From the NCBI GenBank assembly GCA_951406725.2, contig OX597823.1, forward strand, positions 42,780,001 through 42,844,000: 64,000 nt of DNA. The letters run 5' to 3'. The notes under the pieces were generated by a model that was not told the origin of the DNA, did not search any database, and worked only from the letters and a program-made list of their open reading frames with translations. The DNA comes from Octopus vulgaris (lineage: Eukaryota). Of this stretch, positions 53,595 through 64,000 are shown piece by piece. Every line of letters starts with the position of its first letter. The stretch's first letter is position 1. The translations under genes were made by a program, and so were the position numbers.

Positions 53595-53880
53595 GTATAT
53601 AAAAAATTCAAAATGGGTCAAGAACGCAAAATATCCAGACAGTTAGGTGATACAAAAAAGGACAACAAAACAAGGAGGGGTCATGTGGAGTTTTATCTTT
53701 CCTCAGTCGAGTTCCAGATTATCTTTGCAATTTCGGCTGGTTATACTCGAGACAGCTCCAATCTGGCCAACCCCAAGGAAAAACTAAGGTAAGAGCGTTA
53801 GATTCTTTGGAAGAAAGCAGCGAATGTATACGAAAACAAGGACGGTAAAAACGGAGTATGTTACACAAATACAAATAATA
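53595..53880 (-). mobile_element. Second copy of the ~290-bp repeat
   Basis: Reverse-complement homologue of 46045-46330. Confidence 0.75.
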
Positions 53881-53930
53881 TACACACACACACACACATA
53901 CATACACACACACACATATATATACATATA

Positions 53931-55055
53931 TATCATGTCATCCCATAATTTCTGTCAGATTTTACATTTTTTTAAAGTGAATGAAATTTAATAGTATTTT
54001 AGAATGTCTAATGGAATTAAAAAATATTTTTATGCATTTGTGTACATTTAAATTAATTAAATATTATTGTATAGATTAATAGAATTAAAATTTCCGTGTT
54101 TAAAACCCTTTCTAACATGGAAGTATCCAAAAGAGAATTTGAGGCACATTATGCTTTATAAGTACAAAAAAGGAAATTCTGCAGCCGAAGTGACTCGAAA
54201 GATACACTCATGTTAATGGGAAAGAATGCTTGAATGAAAGAACTTGCAGAAGATGGTTTGCAAAATTCAGAACTTGAGATTTCAGCCTTGAAGATGAAGA
54301 TCGAACAGGATGTCCAGTTGAGTTTGCTGATAAGCTCGTTGAGACATTACTTGAAGAAAATCGTGCATTATCAGTTGAAGAATTGGCAATAAAGCTTAGT
54401 TCAAACCATATAACTGTTCATTGCCATCTTCAACAACTTGAAAATTTTCCTAAATTTGGAATATGGGTGTTCATAAATTGTCCGAAAGCAACCGCAGATC
54501 CCGTGTTGACGTCTGCTCTTCTCTCCCTTCTGGCGAATATATTTCACCCTTTTTGGATAGACTTGTGACCGGTGACGAAAAATTGATCTTCTATCGAAAT
54601 GTTAAACGTCGTAAACAGTGGCTTGGTAAAAGGGGAAAAGCTCAACCACAACGAAGAAGGAAACCTCATGGAAAAAATGTTCTCTTTATCTGGTGGGATT
54701 GCAAAGGAGTAATTCACTTGCTACCTATTGCAACAATCAATGCTCAAATCTACTGTCAGCAATAAGAGCGTTTGAACCTAGCTTTGAAGAAAAAAGACCC
54801 GTTTTAGTGAATCGAAATGGAGTGATGTTTCATTAGTATAATGCGCTACCCCACATTGCAAAGATCACATCACAGAAGATCGAAGAGCTTGGTGGAGAAA
54901 AAATCCACATCCACCTTATTCTCCCGACCTTGCTCCTTCAGTCCATTTGTTTCGTACTTTACAGAATTATTTGGGGGACATAACTTTCGCAAGCCAGGAG
55001 GAGGTCGAAACTGACATTTCAGAGATCTTTGATATTGAAGAATTACGTGAGAAAG
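53931..55055 (+). mobile_element. Mariner (Mos1-like, DD34D family) transposon with decayed transposase, 3' end lost
   Basis: TIR-like TATCATGTCATCCCATAA.TTCTGTC. ATG 54117. LRHIMLY.YKKGNSAAE..RRWFAKFR..LEDEDRTG; FLDRLVTGDEK; IWWDCKGVIH; TINAQIYCQQ; HPPYSPDLAPS. Multiple stops and frameshifts. Confidence 0.92.
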
Positions 55056-55074
55056 TTGTTCGGTTACGATCTTT

Positions 55075-55254
55075 TGTCTTTTAAGTTTTGCCTTTTCTTT
55101 GTCGGAGTCACTGGAACCCAGCGATGCCAAGGCACCGCCTTGAAATGCTTAGACGAACTGCTAAATTACACGGACGTAAACACACTTGCATTGGTTCTCA
55201 AGCGGTGGTGGTTACAGACAGGGCAAGCACAGACATGAAGACACACACACACGT

Positions 55255-55327
<73 letters not shown>

Positions 55328-55485
55328 CTACTAGCTTCCACACATTTTCCGTTTATCAGCTTCATTTGAAGGCCATTGGTCGGCCTAATGAATACAACAT
55401 TTGACCAAGGTGCAGAAGTCATTGCCATGCAAGAAGACGGAACTTGAAACTACCTGTTTTCACAGTGAACTTCTTAATGCTTCAT
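55075..55485 (-). mobile_element. SINE family B, decayed, internal (CA)n
   Basis: GCACCGCCTTGAA..CTAAATTAC.CGGACGTAAAC..TTTCCGTTTATC..TTGGTCGGCC blocks. Confidence 0.7.
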
Positions 55486-55489
55486 TTGC

Positions 55490-55910
55490 TATACATTTAA
55501 GTATAAATGCGAGATATTTCAACGAGAAGTGGTAATACCTAAGTATTAACCACCGCACAATACAAGACCGTGTGTAACTGTAATTACCTTTTCTCACGGT
55601 AGATTTATATTTTATTAGAATCTTTCCTGGCGAAGGAAATATTTGAAATATTATGAAATTCTCCATGTCCTTCCACTAGAAATGGATTTCAAAGAATGTG
55701 AAACAGAATCCTTCCGGGTATCTTATTTTGAAATGCATTACGTAGAGAATTGATAATCTGAATATGAAATTTCTTCAGAGTTTCCGGTTATCGAATCCTC
55801 GAGAAATTCTTCATATTCTCAATTCTTCTTCTTCCTCTTAGTCAGTGAACTGCTATTAACCCTTGCAATCATATCCAGTTGACACTTTCGGCTTATTCTG
55901 TTCATGATAT
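55490..55910 (-). mobile_element. Possible piggyBac transposase N-terminal remnant
   Basis: Acidic/Ser stretch, SSGRTWR and ILKCIANEA resemble piggyBac N-terminal motifs. Weak. Confidence 0.3.
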
Positions 55911-56382
55911 AACTCCAAGGATCTCACTCGCCAAAACATTATGAAACCAGTAAGTTTAATAGAATTCTCAAATTTAATACGTTGTATTCTGCTGTATCAA
56001 ACAGCCTGGAATCCTATAAATCAACAATAAATATTTCAAGTTTAAAGTTGATTATGAATTTCATTATATATAAAGAAAATTATTATCTTTTACAATGCAA
56101 CCCGAGGTAAATACAGCTGTAAATGATAGCATTTAGAATGTAGATTTTATCTAAAATAAAATTTTAAAAACCTTAAATGGTAAAAATGTTGGAGGCTGTT
56201 CTATCGTGTTCACAGAAGATGTGGTTTTACATCCCAAGATCAAATTTGATTTTTTTTCCATCCAAAAAGGATTTAACCCAATATTCTGTCTAATTTGAAT
56301 TACACCGTAAAATTAAAAGTATTTTACTTCAGATCTCTCGAGGTTTTTATATCGTTTAACGTAAATTTCAATACAAAGTCGC

Positions 56383-56667
56383 AGCCATGTGTAGCTACGA
56401 AACACGGTTTACAAGTACAAGGTTTCTTTGTGTTCGCTCTCATTACACGGCACTTTGGGCAAGTGTCTTTTACTATAGACACGAACTGACCAACCTCTTG
56501 GGAGAGACTGGTAGAGGACAATTGTGTGAAAACTCGTCGCATTTCTATGTATTTATATATGTATGTATGTCTGCATGTATGTATGTATGTATGCATGCAT
56601 GCATGTATATGTGTATGCATGTATTTATGTATGTGTATGTATGTATGTGTGTATGTATGTATGTATG

Positions 56668-56701
<34 letters not shown>

Positions 56702-57045
56702 TGTATGTATGTATGTATGTATGTACGTATGTATGTATTACGTATGTGTGTATGTACGTATGTATGTATGTATGTATGCATGTACATATGTATGTTTATA
56801 TGTACGTATGTATTGATGTATGTATGCATGTATGTATGTGTGCGTGTCTTTATGATTGTATTTGCTTCGCTCATTTGACAACCGGTAATGATTTGTTTAC
56901 GTCCGAGTAACTAAACGGTTCCTCTAAAGAAACAGATAGAGTACCAGATTTAAAACGAAAGTACTGGAATCAATATGTTACACTAAAGCTTTGAAGGCTG
57001 TGTTCCAGCATGTTGGCATTCCATTGATTAAAACAAATAAAAGTT
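56383..57045 (+). mobile_element. SINE family B with internal (TATG)n expansion
   Basis: CACTTTGGGCAAGTGTCTT head, ~300-bp (TATG)n, and 3' module TTTGTTTACGTCC..CCAGCATG..AAACAAATAAAAG. Confidence 0.8.
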
Positions 57046-57619
57046 GACAGAAACTATATGTGCGTGTATATATGTGTATATGTATGTAATCATGTATATA
57101 TACATATATATACATATATACTACAGAATATTTCTAAGGTTTTAGTCATCACTACATATGACAGCTGTCTCCGTTGACACAAAAATAGGGATCAGCCGGG
57201 CAAGTTTCATTAATGTGTTGGGCTTTTATCTGCGACTGAACGCCTTCCTTAACTTCCCAATGAGACAATTCTTTGAAGAATGGTTTAAGCAAACCCGATT
57301 CACTGATATTATATTGCAACCTCGTTTATCACTGTTTTACTCATCTGGGATAACACAGTGTACTCAGTTCTGAAATATGTTACGTTTATCACGGTTTGAT
57401 CTGAGAAAACACGGTGTAGCGATAAGTTAAAAAGTTTACATGTACTACGAAAACGTATCCCAGCGACTATTCACAACGTTCAACTACACAAAACACACTG
57501 ACCACCACTTATGCTTACATGCCAGCGCAGTGAGCTTACATATCAACATGGGACCAGTTAACTAAAAAAAATATACAAACGACGTGTGGAATGTTGAGTT
57601 GATCAAGAAATTATGTGAC

Positions 57620-58035
57620 GGTAAAAATCTTCGCTTCTGTGAACCGTGAATTTGTGTGTCAATGGAATATACCATTCGTTTGATTTACAAAGTGCATGGA
57701 GATGATTCATTTATCACTGGTTTAGCACGCCGGGTGAAATGCTTAGCGGAATTTCGTCTGCCGCTACGTTCTGAGTTCAAATTCCGCCGAGGTCGACTTT
57801 GCCTTTCATCCTTTCGGGGTCGATAAATTAAGTACCAGTTACGCACTGGGGTCGATCTAATCGACTTAATCACTTTGTCTGTCCGTGTTTGTCCCCTCTG
57901 TGTTTAGCCCCTTGTGGGTAATAAAGAAATAGGTAAAATCTTCGCGTCTGTGAACCGTGAATGTGTGTGTCAATGGAATATACCATTCGTTTGATTTACA
58001 AAGTGCATGGAGATGATTCATTTATCACTGGTTTA
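57620..58035 (+). repeat. ~104-bp direct duplication (57620-57724 / 57932-58035) flanking a SINE
   Basis: Three differences by eye (one 1-bp indel, two substitutions). Confidence 0.95.
57722..57931 (+). mobile_element. SINE family A, young, slightly 5'-truncated, tail type 2
   Basis: Highly similar to the reverse complement of 48157-48365; lacks the first ~21 nt. Confidence 0.95.
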
Positions 58036-58639
58036 TTTATCATGATTTTTAACACCCATCCGCCGTGATAAACGACGATAGAAATATAGTTATTTTGCTT
58101 AATTAATTACTGCGTATTTTTCACTATTGTACTGTATTTACAAAATATTTACCAACTTCAAACATTGCTCGATTTTAATTTTGGTTTTAATATTGTCGTT
58201 CATTTCGTCTTTGTTATTCTTTGTTGCTTCACCCATTCTCTTATTGTCACTGAATCAATCAAATCATTTTGCTTTACCCTTCTGTCTCTCACTCTCCCTA
58301 TTTTTCTCTCTCGCTTTCTCACTCCACTCTACTCAGTTAATCTCTTACATATATCATTTTATTTATTTACTTTATCTCTTTCTCCAATATAATCTTTCTC
58401 TTCTGTCTTCCATGTCTCTCACCATAAACCTTGCCTTTTCCTTGCAATGTTACAGTGATAGGAGCCAACAAAAGTGAGTTTTCACCTTTGGCATAGTCAT
58501 ATGTGTATATAAATGTGTGTGTTTATGTGTCTATATACAATACACAAATATGTACATGTACGCAAGCATATATGTCTATTTATATGACTATATACATAAA
58601 TACATACATGCATACATGCATATATACATATATATATAT

Positions 58640-58752
58640 CGAAACCGATAGAATAAGTACCAGGTTTACATAAACAATGATCGATTTGATCGACTAAAAT
58701 GTGGTGCTCCAGAATGGCCACAGTCAAAATGACTGAAACAAATAAAATAAAA
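58640..58752 (+). mobile_element. SINE family B 3' module
   Basis: ACCGATAGAATAAGTACC..TGGTGCTCCAG.ATGGCCACAGTC..TGACTGAAACA. Confidence 0.8.
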
Positions 58753-59465
58753 GTATATATATATATATATAGTCTATTTATATAACTATATATATATATA
58801 TAGTTTATGTATATGATTATATATATATATATGTTTATTTATATATTATATATATATACATACATATATATATCAAAAGTTATTGTTCTTTCACTAGCAT
58901 CACATCAGCTATCCATTGCCTATCTTTTCTATCTACGATCCATTTGATTACATAGATGTATTCGTATACGAAACGTTGTAAGTCACAGTGCTCGCTCTGA
59001 ATTCTATAGAAAATCTATAACGATAAACATTAGAATGAGAACATCGTACAGCTGACACAAAATGTAAAGATACAATATTGACTTGGTTGTATATTATGAT
59101 TGCAAAACGAAACACAGTATTCTTGCTAATAATTAATATTTACACCGCAGTTCCCAAGAATTTGTTTACTCTACAAATTGGTCCATCCAAGAGTTGTTAC
59201 ATCGCGAAACTTAGTGGACATTTCAGCAATTCGTTCGTAGATAATTGTTTGGTTGGATGGGGTACTGATGAAAGAGGGATAATTCTTGAAGTACGAATAT
59301 ACATCCATTACTTATATTTGTATATTTTCTATTTTCAATCGCATTGTTTGCACTAACACAAAATATAAGACACAATATCGACTTATAAACCCTTAATATA
59401 GCTGGTAGTACATTATGGTTGCCAGACAAAATACAAGAAGTGTGACTTTGCTAGCAATATATGTA

Positions 59466-59573
<108 letters not shown>

Positions 59574-60301
59574 CGTGTGTGTATGTACGCACACACACAC
59601 GCACATATATAACGCTCTAACAAAGTCACGAATCTTGTTAAATACAGCTACCCAACAGAAGAAGACCGTTTGTCAGTTGTCTTTTGAGCGGACGACGTTT
59701 AAACAAGAACTGCTGGTATGAGAGACGACTAGGACACAAAGGAGATAATGCATTTACATTTATCTAGATATCTATTTAGCTATCTATCCATCCATTAAAG
59801 TATGTATATATGTATGTATATATTTCTGTACATATCTATCTACCTACTTGTCTATGTACGTAGGTAGTATGTGTGTATGTATATAAATATATATCTATAC
59901 ACACAGACATACAAACACATACATGGATATACACATACATACTTGATAGTTAGTATAGTATAGTTAACTCTTATATGTACGCTAATAGTGGTTTCACGTA
60001 GGCAGCAGGGTCTATATAGGGTGTGGGTGTTTTACACGATATTCATTACAATCATCAAGGAGGTCTGATTGTTGTAATAAATACCATATTGTGAATCGGC
60101 CATGTCTTAGGTAGACATTACGTCGCACATGAAACTATTGGTCGCCTACATACCTCCAGTTGTGATATGCTCGCTATAATGGATATATTTTACTATTCAG
60201 TTAAATTGAATTTTGCCATTGCTTCACATATTCAGCACCAGCCATTTATATGTACACGTGAGTGAGTGCGCGTGCGTGCGTATGTGTTTGTGTGTGTGTG
60301 A

Positions 60302-60343
<42 letters not shown>

Positions 60344-60942
60344 CGTACTATATATACTCAAACACACACATACATATTCATATACTACCAAATACATATA
60401 TGCATATTTCTGTAAGGAGATGGTTGTGTATGTATGCCGCATATATTCGTAATTTTATTCACATGGATATATATATGTATGCACGGCATATGAATGAGGG
60501 TGTTGAAATAGGAGTGCTACCATGTAAATGTGCATGTAAGTATGTATGAATTTCATGCAGCTATACCTATATAAACACACATGTATACGCTTATATACAT
60601 TACCACATTAATGTAATGTATGAAAGCAAATTCAAGCGATAATTAACTCGAAAAAGTTATAACAAAAATATGTGGTGAAGATATGCAATTTAGAAAAAAA
60701 ATAAATACTAAGAAAGAAAAAAAACTGAGATGAGAAAGAAAAAACTTTTTTTTTTCTGCAAGGTTTGTTGAAGTATAAGAAGGAATTAAGCGAATATTAA
60801 AACTAATTATTAGAAGAGTGGAGACGGGAATATACAGATATAAGGTGGCGAAGGTGTGTTCCGCTGCTTTGGTGATGTACATACACTTGATACACCTACA
60901 CACATGCGCATACAAATGCATATACATACATAGATACATACA

Positions 60943-60992
<50 letters not shown>

Positions 60993-61018
60993 CATATATA
61001 TGCATGCATGTGTGTATG

Positions 61019-61097
<79 letters not shown>

Positions 61098-61220
61098 GTG
61101 TACACATAAAAATATACACATCCACATATATGTACGATAGTGAAATATATAGAGAATGTGTGTATTTCTGTGAGCGTGTGAGATATGAGCAAGTGGCGAG
61201 TAATGTCTCTTCTGACTAGT

Positions 61221-61273
<53 letters not shown>

Positions 61274-61505
61274 ATACAATCGTACACTTACACACGCACA
61301 AAAGAGAAAGAGACAGAGAAAGAGCGACATAGGGTTTGCATGTATATAACTGTTTATGTGGCATGTGTGTGTGTGTTTGGGTGTGTGTGTGTGTGTGAGT
61401 GTGTGCGCGCGTGTGGGTTTTGTGCGTGCGCGCGTGCGTTTGCAGTTAATTCAGAGTATGTTTAGGTCTTTATCAAATACCTAATTGCTTGCGTTCCAAC
61501 GGTAT

Positions 61506-61508
61506 TAA

Positions 61509-61565
<57 letters not shown>

Positions 61566-62125
61566 CAGCAGTAGTAGTAGTAGCAGCAGCAGCTGTAGCT
61601 GTGGTTTTAGTAGTTGTAGTGGTGACGGTGTTGGTGATTGTGGTGTAAGAGATGATGTCACCGTCGTTGGTGGTTGCGATGGTAATGGTGATAGTTGTGA
61701 TGGTTGCTGTTGTTGTTATTGTTGCTGGTGGTGGTGGTGATGGTGGTGGTGGTGGTGGTGGTGGTGGTAGTGCTGCTGCTGCTATTGGTAGTCGTGGTTG
61801 TAAATGATATAGTGATGATATGTTGTCGGTGGTGATGGTCGCACTGAAGGTGGCGATGGCAGCGGTCGTAATAATAGTGGCGGTGCTGGTAGTCGTGGTG
61901 GTGGAGCTGATGATGGTGGTGGTGGTGGTGATGGGGATTAATGGTGGTAGTGTTACAGATGGTGGTGGTGGTGTTATGCTGTTGTGCTGTTCTTGGTGGC
62001 AGTGGTGCCGTCGTTGCCTCTGCTGCTGCTGCTGTTGTTGTTGTTGTTGCTGGTGGTGGTGGTGGTGGACGTCGTCGCCGTGATGGTAATGGTGGTAGTG
62101 ATGGTAGTGGTGTTAGTCGTGATAG
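61506..62125. repeat. Degenerate trinucleotide array (GTA/GCA/GTG/GTT/GCT)n
   Basis: Direct reading; produces the poly-S/V/G/H/T ORFs. Confidence 0.9.
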
Positions 62126-62635
62126 TATGCAGACTTTCACTAGAATCAATAGACACATACAGAAGAAACCAATTCATCTCGATTTTCTATGTATAATTCG
62201 TGCACATTTTGTTTTTTCAGACATTTTCATATTTGTTGTTAATCCTTTTGTTGCCGAATCTCAGCTGAGCCGTGATCGAGTAAGATACGTAATGGTATAC
62301 GTTACAAATACGACCACCCTGTTTGTTCTCAGGAACATCTAATAACGCAATATCCAATGTACCCTTCCTCAGTCATTTGACTGCCGGCCAAGCTGGAGCA
62401 CCGCCTCAAAGAGTTTTAGTCCCAAGAAATCGACCCCAGGATTTATTCCTTGTAAGCCCAATTCTATCGGTCTTTTGTCGAACACCAAAGTACATACATA
62501 CACACATAGGTATTTATATAAAATACGCTTTAATTGAAATAATGTCTTCCCAAAATTAAACTTATCTCATATGATAAATGTGAATGTCAGTGCGTCACAC
62601 TTTTTCAACTTTAACAAACCTTTTCCACTGGAAGA

Positions 62636-62822
62636 ACAAGGCCTCAAATTCAGAGGAAAGGGATTAAGTTGACTCCAATACATAACTGGTACTAATTTCA
62701 TCGACCCCAAAGGATGAAAAGTAAAGTTGATCTCGGGGGAATTCGAACTCAAATCCTAAAGGCGGATGAAATAACGCTAAGCATTTCGACCGGCGTGCTA
62801 ACGATTCTGCCAGATCGCCGCC
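62636..62822 (-). mobile_element. SINE family A, full length, tail type 1
   Basis: Head GGCGGCGATCTGGCAGAATCGTTAGCACGCCGG on the minus strand; core and GGCCTTGT tail. Confidence 0.9.
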
Positions 62823-62824
62823 TT

Positions 62825-62972
62825 AATATAATATAATATAATATAATATAATATAATATAATATAATATAATATAATATAATATAATATAATATAATATA
62901 ATATAATATAATATAATATAATATAATATAATATAATATAATATAATATAATATAATATAATATAATATAAT
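62825..62972. repeat. (AATAT)n pentanucleotide microsatellite
   Basis: Direct reading. Confidence 0.97.
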
Positions 62973-62984
62973 AGTAATAATAAT

Positions 62985-63132
62985 AACATCGAAAAATACC
63001 TTAGGAATGAGAACCCAGGTTCGAAATTTCCCTAAGATACCTGTAGAAGACTGGGGCCGAAACGTTGTGTTAACAACAAACAAGTTGAGGACAAATATCC
63101 GTCGAATGTAAATAATGTAAATATTGTAAATA
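62985..63132 (+). mobile_element. Short element with degenerate hammerhead-like motif (63037-63070)
   Basis: ATAC-CTGTAGA-agactggggcc-GAAA-CGTT-GTGT; tail of ATGTAAATA repeats. Confidence 0.45.
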
Positions 63133-64000
63133 ATGAGCCGAGTGATTGTTTTATTACTTTAAAACAATTGGTATGATTTGAGTGAGGCTGAACTAGGCTA
63201 CTTGCCTAGTACTGGATATATCCCCGTTCTTATCCAGTTCTATTAATCTTGTATTCTAGAATACAAGCTTAATCTATTAGCCTCGGATCATATATTAATA
63301 GAATTTACTTGTTAAGAGAATGGTATTTCAATTTTGCGCTTGGTTGGAAAGACAATCAAAGACAAACCGTCCTGAAGCTGACCTTGTGTAGAAAGGGCAT
63401 GTTATTGAAGAGATCGTGAATGGCGATGAAAGGACTTTGACAAATTGACTGATAGACTAACCAAATGATTAAGCAAACTATCGATTAGTTTATTGGTTAA
63501 ATAGTTGACCAATTGGCGAATAATAAACAAGTGAAATAAAACCAATGTGCGTGTTTATTATTAGCATCCGATTGGAACGTAATATTTTAACTGGTGAGCA
63601 GAAATGGAATATCCACATAGTCCCAACCAAATACAGAGATGACAAGTTAAAACCTAGGCTAGAGCTGACAATGACATATAATCTTATAAGTATAGATGAT
63701 ACAACGCTGCTGTTTGACTTCAGAATAGTGATTCTTCCTCTTCTCCTCCTCCTCCTATGATAGATCGCCACGGTCCACCCACCTATGTCCTCTATTGAAA
63801 TCTGGCGGAATTTGGGTTTAGCTCACCGTCTTTCTGGACTTCAAATAAAATGTCTATCACAACCCAACACTAATAGGAGTCGATTAAATCGACTGCACAT
63901 TTCCCTTCGAAAATTGAATCATTTGCTAATTTGAGAAACCCACTTCTCTCTCCTCACCTGTTCTTTCACTTCAACTTTATTTTTCATTATTATAAACTTC

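Noticed and set aside
61473-62342. His/Thr/Gly/Val-rich ORFs resembling low-complexity transcription-factor exons
   Set aside because: Degenerate trinucleotide array open in several frames on both strands, with no domain and no clear splice structure.

Overview
AT-rich eukaryotic DNA with no recognisable intact host gene, rRNA, tRNA or CRISPR array. It is saturated with microsatellites and transposon remnants. The SINE families and repeat style strongly suggest an octopus (coleoid cephalopod) intron or intergenic region; this is inference from recalled repeat motifs, not a database hit. Most ORFs in the track are translations of microsatellites. Supported content: three tRNA-derived SINE families (about 25 copies); R4/Dong-type RLE LINE fragments, several ending in or embedded in (TAA)n; RTE, CR1 and Tx1/L1 LINE remnants; several Penelope-like element (PLE) remnants; two decayed mariner transposons; and pogo/Tigger-, hAT-, piggyBac-, Helitron- and Helentron-type non-autonomous elements. 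The most interesting object is a very young 562-bp unit at 33.2-34.8 kb, arranged as two head-to-head partial tandem arrays, each with an intact type I hammerhead ribozyme (retrozyme or mini-PLE-like). Other highlights: a hammerhead variant with a compensatory U3-A8 core pair, a SINE flanked by a ~104-bp direct duplication, and a SINE subfamily whose 3' tail resembles the 3' end of the Tx1-like LINE in the same window. Coordinates of old, decayed elements are approximate and all alignments were done by eye.
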